A stretch of DNA of 63,333 nt, counting the filler, from Reclinomonas americana ATCC 50394 (lineage: Eukaryota): assembly GCA_048213135.1 (NCBI GenBank). It is 20 parts of 20 records of this genome, joined end to end, with 100 filler letters (N's around TTAATTAATTAA, not from the genome) between each part and the next. Parts side by side here need not be neighbours in the genome. Positions count along the whole stretch, not along the records: positions 34,334 to 39,227 come from AFZH01020611.1; positions 39,328 to 41,179 come from AFZH01020612.1; positions 41,280 to 44,633 come from AFZH01020613.1; positions 44,734 to 48,366 come from AFZH01020614.1; 16 more parts are not named here. The stretch is one strand, 5' to 3'. The notes under the pieces were generated by a model. That model did not search any database. It was not told the origin of the DNA and worked only from the letters and a program-made list of their open reading frames with translations. Shown here piece after piece: positions 34,394-46,908 of this stretch; position 1 is the first letter of the stretch; every line of letters starts with the position of its first letter. The translations under genes and the position numbers were made by a program.

Positions 34394-37300
34394 GTGACCC
34401 GGAGATTATCTTTGAGGGTCTTGTGCACTTTCTGCGTGACAAATCTTCCAGTCGGTCCCGGAAACAAGTCACCTACCCGCTACAGACCATGCTGCTGGTC
34501 CTCTGTCCCGACATTCTCTCGCACGTGGTTCTCGCGCTCAAGACGTCAGGAACCAGTGGCGCCAATCAGCTGTTTGTTGCGTCTCCCTTCTCTTTCCCTT
34601 CTCTCTCTCTTTCTACTGATCAACGGCGCGCACTGCAGGTGGACTTCTTCACCGATCTTCGCCAGTCGCTCACGTCGCGTGATCGTGCGCGCACGGAGCT
34701 CGCTGTGCGCGCCTACGTCGATCTCTTCCGTGTCTCCACGTTCGGGTCGAAGACGGACGTGTCGGCACTCCGACTGTTGGTGCCCGATGTGCAGAATCCA
34801 CTCCTTGTGCGTTCTCCTGCACGCCGTCTCGCGCACAGCCTCACTCTTACTCACCCAGTGCAACACAGGAAAAAGTTCTATCGTCGCCACCGGGCACTGT
34901 GGATCCGCGTGTCATGGTGGAGCTGATTGTCAGCTTGTTCCGTCTGAATCCACGTCATGTGACCTCCTACGTGTTCCCGCTGTGCATGGCGGACTCGGCG
35001 GACATGGCCCTCAAATCGGCCTTGATCACCTCGCTGCGCATTCTGTCGACGGAGGAGACACGATACCCGTGGTGGCCGAGACTAGACATTACGTACCGCT
35101 TCGTGGCCAAGTCGCTGCGCAATCTTTTGCAGGTGCTGCTGATAATTCGCGAATGGGTTTGCTCGCTTTCGACACTCACGCGCTGGAGGGGCTGGTCGGT
35201 CTTGCAGGAGCTGTTGAACAAACTGGAGACGGAGACGAATGCGTCTGCGCAGTCGCAACTTATCGACAACATTGCTGGTTTGCTCTTCCTGGTGACCACC
35301 AATCCGGAGCTCGTTCTGGATGTTGAGTGCGCTCTTTTTTTGATTTGAAAACTGTAACGAGGTGCTGAGAGAGTGAGGCTGTATCGCAGGATCCAAACGA
35401 CGAAGGAGCGTCATTGTCGTTGCTGTTCCGAAACATCTGCCGTTGCTTGAACCCGGTGCGAAGAAAACCATCTCGTTGTGCCGGTGCGCCTAGGTTGCTG
35501 ACGACGATTTTTGTGTTGGTATCCCTTGCTGTTTGCAGACCGTGGCCGGTGGTCCCGTGTCGAACTCGTCTAGCATTGTTCCCGCACGGAAGGGCTCCGG
35601 TTCGTCGGTGGCCTCCACGATGGCGAGTCGTGCCGGTGCCTCCAACGTGCAGTCCATCCTCATGGGCGCGACGGCTCCGGGACTCGCCGTGTCCGGTCGC
35701 CATCCGTCGCACTCGCACTCGTCGCCCTCGTCCAGTGGTGCCGAGTCGAGTGGCAGTGGGTCTACGTTGCGTGTGTGTGCCGCTCTTCCCGTTCTCGCGC
35801 CGCTGTGTGTTGTTCGCCGCTCATTGTGACTGCAGTGAGTCGTCAAGTGGCGACGGTGCAGAGCGCTTCCAAAAAGATAACACGTGGAATGCGTTGCGCC
35901 GCACAGCATGCGCTGCACTCCGGCAGCTCTTCCGCCTCGAGTGGGTGTGTCGGTGGGCACGTTTTGTAGAGCCGGGCAGTCAGGAATCATCGTCTCCGCC
36001 TGCCGACGGTGCTGGTGAGGTGTCGGCGGCCAGTGGCTCTGGTGATGCTGCTGCTGGCGAGCCAGCGACACCGGTGACTCCCGATGTCGCCAATGAGAGG
36101 CGCTTTGGCCCGGCGACCAACATGTTGCAGCCGAGCGACGCGACCGCCAAGATATTCATCGACAACTTGTGAGTCGTTCGTCTGTGTGTCAGTGTGCGTG
36201 TGTGTGTGTGTGCTTGTTGCACTCATCATGGGACACGCGATGCAGTTGTCTGGTACTGTCGGCGTGCAGCCGCTACCTGGTCACCGACGAGTCGATCGCG
36301 GTGCTTGAACTGCTGAAGGACTTGCTGCAGGAGCAGAACCGCTTTTACATGCTGTACAAGGTGCGCAGAATGAGTGGAGCCTTGCCATATGAGCTAGCTG
36401 GCTAAACAGTTACTGGATTGTGGTAGGATATTTTCACGGCGGAGATGGTGGGTGGGCGGAAGCGGATGCAGGCCAACGAGGCCATTGAGGCGTCGCTGTT
36501 GGTGATGTTGTCACGCATTGAGGAACCGCTGTGGGCACGGGTGCGTGCGTGTGCCCTTGACACAAATGGTCTCTTCGCACGACTCACACGAGTACGACGG
36601 TTTGTGTGTGTTGGCCAGGCTGCTCAATGCATCGGTCTGTGCTGCGATCAAGTGGAGATTCTGGCGGAGCTGGAGAACATCTCGTCTGGGTTTGTGGTCA
36701 ACTTTGGTGTGTATCACGACGTTGCAAGGGTGATTCGCAATACCGGCAGTTGCGTGCATGCGTCCGTGAAGAACGCAATGTGGATACCGAGTGTAACACC
36801 GCAACACCTATGCCCTGTGCAGACCTGGCTGACCAAGAAGCCGAAATTCGACGGGCTGTGCAGCACATGGATCGCTTCTCGCAGGGGTTTGTCGACGTAC
36901 CCGTTAGGCGACGGTGTATTTGTTGGAGCTCATCTTGTGATGCTTCCCCCACCCAACAGGAGCTTCAGTGCGTTTTGTGAGATCTACCTGCGCTGGAAAC
37001 TGACGACAGATATGATGACGGATCGCGCGTCGCGAGCAAGTGCACGTTCGCGAGAGCGGGTCTGTTTGGCACGCACATGCATACGTGACAGTAGTTGGTT
37101 ATTTACGTCGACGTCGGTAGGTTGATTCGCTGTCTCGTCGCGCATCTGTGGTGCGTCTGGAGGAAGCCGATGAAGCGCAGAGATCCCAACTGGTGAGCCG
37201 TACAGGACATTAGAGATTGATAGTCGTGTGTCCCGACTCATCCCCCTTGGGCAACAGGTGACAGCCACATGGCGCAAGTACATGAGCTTTGTGTGCGCTC

Positions 37301-40300
37301 TCGGCGGCGTCAATCTGTCTCGTTTCGGCAAGGAAGGTTGGTCGCTTTTGTGTCTTGAATAATGGCTACTTGCGCTCACCCGCGGTTGCACTTGTGCCCG
37401 CCCAGGTCGTGATGGACGGAGCGAAACGCGGGAGGCCATGTCCTTCTTGGACGAGGTGTTCCGCGCACTCTTCCGTCTGCTTACTTTCCCCGACTACATG
37501 ATCCAAGACACCACGCGCTATCACATTGCCGCCGATTTCAACTCGTCGCTGCTTCGTTGCGTTTGTTGTACCTCCTCTGTTGTCCCCCTCCCCTCTCTAT
37601 TGTTCGTTGCTCACGTTTTGTTGTTGGCCACCCACCCGCGCAGCGCATCTTTTCAGCGAGATTCAGACGCAGCTGCAGGGCTTTTGGGGCTCGGCCGGCG
37701 AGTTGATTTTAACCGACGAAAAGTCGCTGTTTGTGGGCGAAGTGATTTCCATCATCAAGCAGATTCTGGAGCGTGCCGATGTGAGTCGCGCGTTTTTTCT
37801 CACGCCTCACGCTCTCTGGCGACGCTGACCTCGTGCACTGCAGAATGGAGAGATCGAAGCTCTGCCCGACATGGATCAACTGGTGCTGTTGCTGGCGCGC
37901 TTCACGTCGCAGACAGTCGTCAACAAGGCCACAGTGCGCATGAAGCGTGATTTTTGTGCACTGGTGGAGGTGTGTCGCTCTCGCTCGCGTGCGTGTATGT
38001 TGTTGTGTTCTCATGGATATTCATTGATCACTGCATGTGCGCCTCCTCATGTGCAGCTGCTGTTGCGAGCCAAGGACGACGTTGTTGTCAACATGTCTGG
38101 TCAACACCAATTCCGCAACACGCTGCTGCAGCAAATTGCTGAATGGACTCTGGATTTCCACAGAGTTGCGCACACACTTATACTTGTTGTTTACCGCGCT
38201 CCGTCTTCTCACACGCGATGGCAGAGAGCGCAACTGCAGCGCTCTCAGGTGACCGCGGCCTCCAGTGGCGACGACGTGGCCAGCGAAGAAGGCCAGCAGG
38301 TGCGACTGCTGGAGGAACTCGATGTGTCGTGTATGCGTGCGATCAGTGCGCTGCTGTACGGTCACAAGTTCTTCAAGCCACCCTCCGAGCACGGCGTCGG
38401 TGTCGACACAATTCTCGGGACTTCATCGGGGTCGTCAACTGCCGCTGCGCGTCGCGTTGGTTTGTCACTCACCCATGCGAAAATGAGCACAGTTAGTGTG
38501 TCTGACCGCCATGTGCGCGTGTACGGTGCAGGGGGTGCAGGCGAGGGCGACAGCCGTGGTGTCACCTCCACTGAGTTCTTCAAGTATTTCACTTTCCTGT
38601 CGCGCTACCTGAGTCGTGCCAAGGAGGAGGTCTGGTTCACCAGTGACTCGCAGTGCCTTGTTTATCATCAGTCTCATCACTTTTTGTCTCTCCATCTCTC
38701 TCACGCAGATGGACTCGATGAGAAATCTGCGCGAAGCGACGGTGCAAGCGCTCACCAATCTGCTGAAGAGCAACATTGCGCATGCGCTCGTCGACTTTAT
38801 GAAGATGGCGTACTACGGCGACGAGCAGACGCGAACGGCATTTTTGGATGTGTTGACGACTGCCTTGCAAGAGGGAAGTGTGGGCTACGATGCGGTGGAG
38901 GAGGCCGCCACCGTGGAAGAGTCCAAGTACGGCAAGTTTGTGGAACTCATGTTGGACAGCGAGTATGCGCTGGTGTTTGCACTGGCCGAGTGTGTCAGCA
39001 TCAACGATGCGGACGAAAGTTGCGACCTCACGCACGCATACCGAGCCCTACACTCGCTGATTGTCATCCATCCCTTGTCCATCCCCTGCAGTGTGCATCA
39101 GCGTCATGCGCATCTGCCACTTTGTCGATGAGGCAATCCAGCTGCTCAAAGTCTTTATCGCACGTGAAGTGACTTCGACATGTTGCGTCGTCGTCTGCAT
39201 CTTCTCTCCCTCCTTTCGTCACCCCTGNNNNNNNNNNNNNNNNNNNNNNNNNNNNNNNNNNNNNNNNNNNNTTAATTAATTAANNNNNNNNNNNNNNNNN
39301 NNNNNNNNNNNNNNNNNNNNNNNNNNNTTCCGTGACTGCTGTATTGGTGCCAGTTTGTTATTATTTTTCTTGCTCACTCATCATCACCTGCGGTGCAGAG
39401 TGTTCCGGGTGATTTGCTGCGAACTGCAGCGGGCAGTGGAGGACAAGTTCCCGAGCTCAGCTCCGCGTGGTTCTGTTGTCGACAAGCATGTGCGTGTTTT
39501 TATTGTCGCATAGAATCCATGTCTTGTAGTACTTACTCGTGGCGATGCAGGAGGTCCGCCACATTGTGGTCGGCGGTTTCCTCTTCCTGCGCTTCTTCTG
39601 CCCGGCTATCGTGGCACCTGACAATTACGGACTGTTGGATGGTAAGTTATCCCGATGCCGTTCTCCTGTCTTTTCAGTCGTCCCACGCCGCTTTTTTCTC
39701 TCGTGAAGATTTCCCCTCCATCAGCGCCCGCCGATTCCTCATGCTGATCACCAAGATTTTGCAAAACCTGGCCAACGGCGTCATGTTTGGCAAGAAGGAG
39801 GACTTTATGATGGTGGCGAACGAGTTCCTGGCTGTCAACCTGAGCCGCACGCGGCACTTCTTTGACGAGATCTCGGTGTGTGTGTTTTGTGCATGTGTCC
39901 CTCTTCGCACGATGTTACTCATTCACATGTTTCATTTTTGCGGGCGGCAGACTGTGACTGTGTCAGTGTCGGAAGAAGAAGGCTTCATGATGGCCGTCAA
40001 TCCACTGGCCGGTGGCTCCCTCCAAGTTGCGCACTCTTTCCTTTATACGTGTTCTGTTGTTCGTGATTTGCTCACACGTGTGTTCGTGCAGTCACCCAAT
40101 CACGGATTGTCCTCGGCACCACCCGCCATCAAGGTGCGCTGAATTTTGTTGCCACGCACTTTATTGCACACGAGTAGCTTTGCTCACTGTTGGTGGTGTG
40201 CTGCAGCGACAACGAATCAACATGGTGGTCAGCGACAAGCTGCACGACGATGCCGAGGTGATTCACCGACAGATTGTGGAGCACTCGAAAGTTGCGTTGC

Positions 40301-42794
40301 GGTGTGTCGCAGGGGTGGGCTGGGCGCCGCTTGATCTCATGGTCGCGTTTCGTATGATGCGCAGGAGGTCGATGCGATTCTGTCGCGCAACGATTCGCAG
40401 ACTTCGTTCCTGTCTGCCTCGCCTTCGCCACCGGTGCTCACTCGACGTCTGTCCGTCTCTGCCGGCCTAATATCTCCACCGGCAGGCGGCGGCCCCAATG
40501 ATGGCACGCAGCAAAAGACAGCGGTACAGTAGCACCAGAGCTTTCCTTTGTTACTTTCCTGTGGTTGAAGGTGGATGTGGCTGTTTGCAGGCACCTTTGC
40601 GTCTGGTCGAGCGCCTGTCGCTCATTCTGACCGAACTGGGGCCACCAAAGAAGAAGAGGCGGCAGCAACGCGGTAGCAGCATTTCGTCGACTGGAGCGTA
40701 CACGACTCTTGCCTTTGAAGAATGTGCGAGTGCACTCAGTGTTTGTTCCCTGTGTGCATTGAGTAGCTCATTGTTGTTGGATGCGCACAGTCTTGACCCG
40801 CAACTCGACCCGCGACGTCTCCGAAATCGAGAACCGGCGTGTGTTCTACCGACACGGTGTGACACGGCAGGGAGCTCCTGTATTCTACTACATTGCTCGT
40901 CGATTCCAGGCCAAGCGCGACGATCTCAATGTGCTCTTGTTGCATGTTCTCAAGGTATGTAGGGCTTTCTTTCAGCCCTCTTACGTCGATGAATGTTCGT
41001 TCCCTCATGTTTGTTTGCTTCTCTGCGCAGACCATGCAAGAGGAATTCACCCAGCCGTACACGGTGGTCATTGATTCGCTGCACCATTCGGAGGAGAGCG
41101 ACCTGCCAATCGGCATTCTCAGTCGTCTACTGTTCTTGCTGCCGCCCGGAGCCAAGGGCAACTTGAAGGAAGTCATTGTNNNNNNNNNNNNNNNNNNNNN
41201 NNNNNNNNNNNNNNNNNNNNNNNTTAATTAATTAANNNNNNNNNNNNNNNNNNNNNNNNNNNNNNNNNNNNNNNNNNNNCTCTGTCCGGGATGCTGTGGT
41301 GCGTTGCACCATCAAAGTTGGCATTCGCCGCATTGCAGTATCTGACCTCCTCGTTATCTTGTGCATTGTGGGGGAGTAGAATCACCAGCTGTGTGCTGCT
41401 GTGATGGTGGCGTTCAACAGGATCTGTCCATTCTTGTCCGACAGCCAACTGCGAGTGGTGCGTACGAAGAGGAAAGCTGTCTGCGCCGTGCGATTGCATG
41501 CTCTGCTCCCTTCTCACGCGAGTGATTTCCAGTTGTTTTCTCTGGCGGTGTCGGTGTTGCCGTTCAGCCGACCTTCAGTGTACACAGCAGTGGTAACACT
41601 GCTCGGCACTATTCTGTCTGTGGCCGAGAACCTGCCGTCGTACCGTGGTGTGTATGTCTTGCTGCTTGCGGCTGCGCGACCGGCGGCACATCATTCTCAC
41701 CTTTCCTTGTCCTTGTTCTTGTGCGTCGCAGAGTCCACCAGCCTCGAGGACTTCCTCTACATGTCGATGTACATGGCGCAGTTTGAGGAACTGGTTGAGC
41801 TCAACTTCAGCAGCAGTTTCTCGTTCTCCTTGGCAGCCACTCTCTTGCGGGTTTGTGCATGTGTGTGTGCGCAGGGGAAGAAATGGAGAGCGCTTATCCT
41901 GCTGTGTGTACCAGGGCCTCACACAGTCGTCGACACGTCTGGAGACGGAGAGACTGCTGGTGTCATTGCTGACCATGAGTGTCACCAAGTCCGGTGCTGT
42001 GTATGGCGATGTGCTCGGATTCGTCACCGTCCTGTTGCCGTTCCTGTCGTCGGCCACGGAAAACGCTCTGATCAAGTTGCGCTCGTGCACGTTCCACGTC
42101 TCTCTCTCACTCACTACTCCCGTACTCACACAATGGCGCACAGACTGGGCATCGCCACGGGACAGGCATCGCTTTGCCTTTCACGCGATTTCATGTCGGC
42201 TGTGTTTGTGGATTCGCAGTCGTGCTCACTGTTCGCGGTTCACCTGCTCGAGGCTGTGGCTCGTTGCGTACTGCGTTTTGTGAGTTGGATACATGCGTGG
42301 CTCCTCCATGCTCATTCGTCTGTCGGTCGCAGACTCGCCAGTGGAGGACAGCAAGGTGGTGATTTACAACACGCTCACTCACGCCGTACAGCAGTGCCCC
42401 GAGCTATTCAAGCCTGTCCTTCCGTACATTCTTCGGCACGCGACCGAGCACTTCCGCGAAACCACTGACCGGTCGTCGGTGAGCGACGCCACCATGGGAC
42501 TCATCCAGGCCGTGGTGATGTCCAGTACTGGTGCGCAGGATCGTAGCGCTCTCGATGCACGCGCACTGCTGGCCTCGAGCGGTTGCTCGGGCGTCCTGCA
42601 ACTTCAATCCACTGCGGTATGTGCCACCTTGTGCAAATTCGGCGTGCGTGAGTTCTCTGTCACTGATGATGCTGATGATGATGGGTTTGCAGACGTTGCG
42701 TGCGGAAAAGATAACACAGCTGCGAGAGCATGCCGTGGAGCTGGCCGGAATATTCCTGGACCCGGCTGCCGCCAGCGACGTCATAGTTCGCTAG
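34394..42794 (+). CDS. NF1: Neurofibromin (RasGAP + Sec14-PH), 5'-partial, many exons, spans two gaps
   Basis: YPLQTMLLVLCPDI; WRKYMSFVCALGGV; FRNTLLQQIAEW; RasGAP signature GGFLFLRFFCPAIVAP and ITKILQNLAN; FEEFLTRN...VFYRHGVTRQGAPVFYYIARRF; LNFSSSFSFSLAATLLR. TAG at 42792-42794. Confidence 0.95.
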
Positions 42795-42953
42795 ACTTTG
42801 TAATCGCGACCAACCAAACAAGTGTATCTTCTGTTTTGCGTAGCCGGCGTGGGGGCGTCGTTAGAACAAAAAGATAACGAAGCTTTGAAGGACAACCTTC
42901 CGAATTCCCGCCATTTTTTCGCGCCCACAGCAGTCCTCGTCGCATCGGAGCAA

Positions 42954-44633
42954 ATGCGTGCCTCCCTGTTGCTGTTGGTGGCAGTGGTAGCCGTCATTGT
43001 GTGTACACAGTCGGTGGTGGCCGTGCACTACACACCCATCACGCCCGTGTCGGAGGTGTTCACTGACCTTGCACTGGCAAATGGGTGGCCAGTGGCCAAT
43101 GTGCAGCCATTCGTCACGGCACTGAGTGAGCAGGCAAGTCTCTCGCTCTTGTGTGGCATTCGCGTGTGCACGTGTGTGACACTTACATGGGGCCACACAG
43201 TTTGTTGTGCAACTGCGTGATTTGGTCTCCAACTGGGACGTGGTCACATCCGTGGTCAAGCCGGTGCAAGTGCAACGAGCACTGCAGCGACATGTGGCAG
43301 AGAACAAGGTCTCTCTCTTTCGTTTCTCACACACTCGCACACACGCGCTGACATGCAAAATGCAAACAGGTGCTTGTCATCGATGGAGAAATGGTGGAGA
43401 CGTGGCCGCAGTGGGAATCGCTCAAGGTGCTCAAGGATGCCCAGGTAACGTTGCATGTGTGTCGTCGACTTGGTCAGCAGCACGAGGCGCTCCTCTCAAC
43501 TGCGTTGCGCAGAATCCACCCGACTTGTTCCTGACGACCATCAAGACCAGCCCACCCTTCATGCTGGCGTTGCAGGCCAACGAGGGCGTCAACCTGGTGC
43601 GTTGGGGCGTTCCCGTAGTTGCCTGTGTATCGATGAGTGCTCTGTGCACTGACAGGGAGATGGTGGGATGCAGTTGACGGCCGCGGCTGGACTGTGGGCA
43701 CAGACAGAGACGGCGATCTTCCATCGCATCTTCTCCAAGCACTGCAGGGCACCGCGAGCGCCCGGCGCCAAGCCGCCACTGGTGCTGGACATTGGAGTGC
43801 GTTGCTTGCGTGGAGTCTCTCGCTGTAAACTTCCGCTCACCGTTTGTTGTGCAGGCGTTTGTGGGCTACTTTGGCACCATGGCCGCCGTGTACGGCTGCC
43901 GTGTGTACTTTTTCGAGGCCAACCCACAGCTGCATCCGGTCATTCGCCTGTCGCTGGAGCTGAATGGCGTCTCGCACCTGTGCACCATCTTTGAGAACGT
44001 GGTCACCGACAAGAGCGGCGTGACGTACGGCCTGCTGCCGATGGAGGACATTATGTCGATGCGTGTGATGCCGGTGCCCGGCGGCAACGTCACCTCCATT
44101 GCCGTTGGTGATGTGGTTCACGAGGACGTAGTGGCGGCCAAGATTGACGTGGAGGGACACGAATATGGCGTGTTCCGCGGCATGGAGCAGCTGTTCCGCA
44201 ACCACCGCGTGCACAACATGGTGGTGGAGGTCAAGGAGGTTCGTAGACCCTTCCTTCCCTCCTCTGTCTGCCTCTTGTGTCACATCTGTGCTGCAGATCC
44301 CCGAGTCGGACCACAGCCGCAAGGTGAAGTTGGAGTGGTTGTGGTCGCACTTTGAGCGTCAAGGCTCCACTCGCGCAGTCAACTGGCGAGAGCAGTACTA
44401 TACCAAGGTTCGTACCATCCAATCGACGCATGACGTCTTCTTCGTCATTGGCTCACTCGCATGGCTACGTGCGTCGGCGGCTAGGTTCCCGAGAAATTCA
44501 ACCTGGATCCGCGCAATCAATGCAATGTGCGTTCTTCTCCCCGGTGCGCCAGTGGCATGTGTGATTGTGTCAACTGAGGGGCTTGATGCCATGCAGATGT
44601 GCGAAATCGACCGCTCATGGACCACGCTGACTC
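42954..44633 (+). CDS. FkbM-family (Methyltransf_21) SAM-dependent methyltransferase with signal peptide, 3'-partial
   Basis: VLDIG|AFVGYF, YFFEANP and KIDVEGHEYGVFRGM. N-terminal MRASLLLLVAVVAVIVC. Confidence 0.9.
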
Positions 44634-44733
44634 NNNNNNNNNNNNNNNNNNNNNNNNNNNNNNNNNNNNNNNNNNNNTTAATTAATTAANNNNNNNNNNN
44701 NNNNNNNNNNNNNNNNNNNNNNNNNNNNNNNNN

Positions 44734-46795
44734 GGGCACGAATCTCGGGCTTGAGTCGAGCCCACACCACCATGTACTGGGCCTGCTGCGCCTGCTTGAA
44801 CCTGCATGGTATCAGCGATGAGTGCACGTCTCTCACACAAGTTTCAGCGGTCGCGCGCACCACTGGGCAATAGGAGTCTGTTCGCACAAGCACAGACAAA
44901 CAGCGCATGAGGGACATGAGATACGGTGCATGAAACAGATCAACGACGAACCCGGATGACACCACTGCAAGCACGCATAAAGAAAAAGCACAAAACAAGT
45001 CAATCTACAGCGACAAGCACGATACACAGCGGCAGACTGGCACGAACTCTGCAACACAATAAGTTAGCACATGCACAGAGACACAAACAACGGTTTCATC
45101 ACGAGACGCAACATGGCGGTGGCCAGTATGCCTGTTGCATCTCACACAATCAGTACGCTGAGCAACAAAAGTGGGTGCGGCGAAGAAACGCACCTTGCCA
45201 AAGGGATCCAAGTCGGTGCTCTGCACAGACACAACTCGCGGAGTTGGACGCTGACGAATCTCGTCGACACCCTAAATTCACTCACCTCGCACACGTACTT
45301 GACGCCGTCAATCACCAGCACCATGGCAGTGTGTCCTGCAACGAAGCGTGAGAACCAGATCGACAACATCGACAATAGGTAGTCGAAGCTGTCTCACCAA
45401 ACACGCCGCCTGTAACGTATGCATGTGAGATATTCAAGCGACAGTGACGACATATGTGCACACACACACGCACCAGCGTTCCACATGATCACGGGGTCGA
45501 GACCGTCCAGGCGAGTGATGCCGAGGTAGTCGCCAGACTGCGTCGCGCAGAACAGACGCACAAAGGTGAGCGACAGAGCGAGGTCTTCACTTATACTGCC
45601 TGCCTGCACATGAAACCGAAACTTGGAACTGGTCGAAAGGAATGTTGAGCATGCCCTGGCTGCGTGGGTTGAACACCAGGCCGGCCTTCTCGCGCAGGAA
45701 AGCAATGTTGTCCTTGGGCATATTGCGGCCGGTGAACAGGCGGAAGGTATCCTATTCAGGCGTGCATGAGAGAGAGGAAGGTGATACACAGACGGCGAAT
45801 GACGCACCCAAGCGTCGACCACGGTGCCGAGAATGCCGTCGGGGAAATTGAAGATTTGCAGACCACTCTGCGCACACGGGTGCACAAACGTAAGCGCAGG
45901 GAGGGCAGAGGAGCTCGCACACCACCACGACACCACAAACCTGCAGCACCCAAGCCTTCTCGCCGTCCTTCCAGCTGCCGCCAGTCACTGCGACAAGAAC
46001 AAATGAGCTTGTCCAACAAATGATGCAGAGAATGCACTCGCTCCCAGTACCGTGCTTCTCGCCGTGCGTGAACACATTGTGCACGTGCGCGTGCTCCGGA
46101 GTCGCCAGGAGGTACAGCTGAGAGAGGCGTCAAACACACACGCGCGATACACTCCGGGAAAACCACAGGAGACACACGCAACATCGTCGCAAGTAAGAGT
46201 GCGCGGATGTGCGGCGACATGCGTGAGCTTCCATCCATCGTCCGTCACCGTCAGCGTCGCGTTGTTCTGCGCAAAGCACGGCGCACTCCACGACACAGTG
46301 GCGCTCTAATGCAAGGGAAAAAAGAAAAGCAAGTCAACAAATCGATACACACACAATCACAATCACACACGCACGCAACGACAACAGCCGCGGCCTTGAA
46401 CTGCGGCACCCACGACCAGTACGGCGACGGATCCTTGCCCAGCGTGTCGCTCTCCGAGGCCACAGAGGCGCGTTCCCACAGCGGCACTCGCTCCGAGTCA
46501 TCAATCTACGAGACACTGTGCATGAGCGGCATTGGAAAGCCGACCTGAATGCTGACTGCACACTCACCGGAGTAATGCGCACAGTGCCATCATCCATCAC
46601 CTCCGTGCGCTGAAACTCAGCAAGCACCGCCTCTCGACGACGACGCACAAGCACACTCATATCCTCCTCCGCCTCCGCCTCCATGCCGACATTCACTCGC
46701 AGCGACGACGATGCATCTGCATGCTGCGTGCAGGCGACCAAAACCACAGCAAACAGCACCACAAACAGCAGCAAAAGCCCGCCTGCGCGCTGCAT
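44734..46795 (-). CDS. Secreted uncharacterised protein of a plant/ciliate/amoebal family with a permuted NlpC/P60-like GD...H...E pattern; microexon-rich; 3'-partial
   Basis: Spliced: signal peptide; SWSAPCFAQN; CDD|LYLLATP; NIAFLREKAG; Q|SGDYLGITRLDGLDPVIMWNA|GGVF|GHTAMVLVIDGVKYVCE|STDLDPFGK|AYWPPP|Y|GVIR|TPIAQW|FKQAQQAQYMVVWARLKPEIRA. Confidence 0.75.
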
Positions 46796-46908
46796 GATTC
46801 GTTTGCAAAGACAGTGATAAAACGGGACTTTGATGGGACGTCGTCGAAGTGTTTGCGTGTGTTGTCTCTTCATTGCTTGTGTGTGTGAGAGTCGGTGTTT
46901 CCTTTGAC

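Noticed and set aside
35456..35538. Internal CTAG|GTTG as a recursive splice site or zero-length exon in an NF1 intron
   Set aside because: The sub-introns would be about 38 and 45 nt, below the local size range. A single intron explains the frame.
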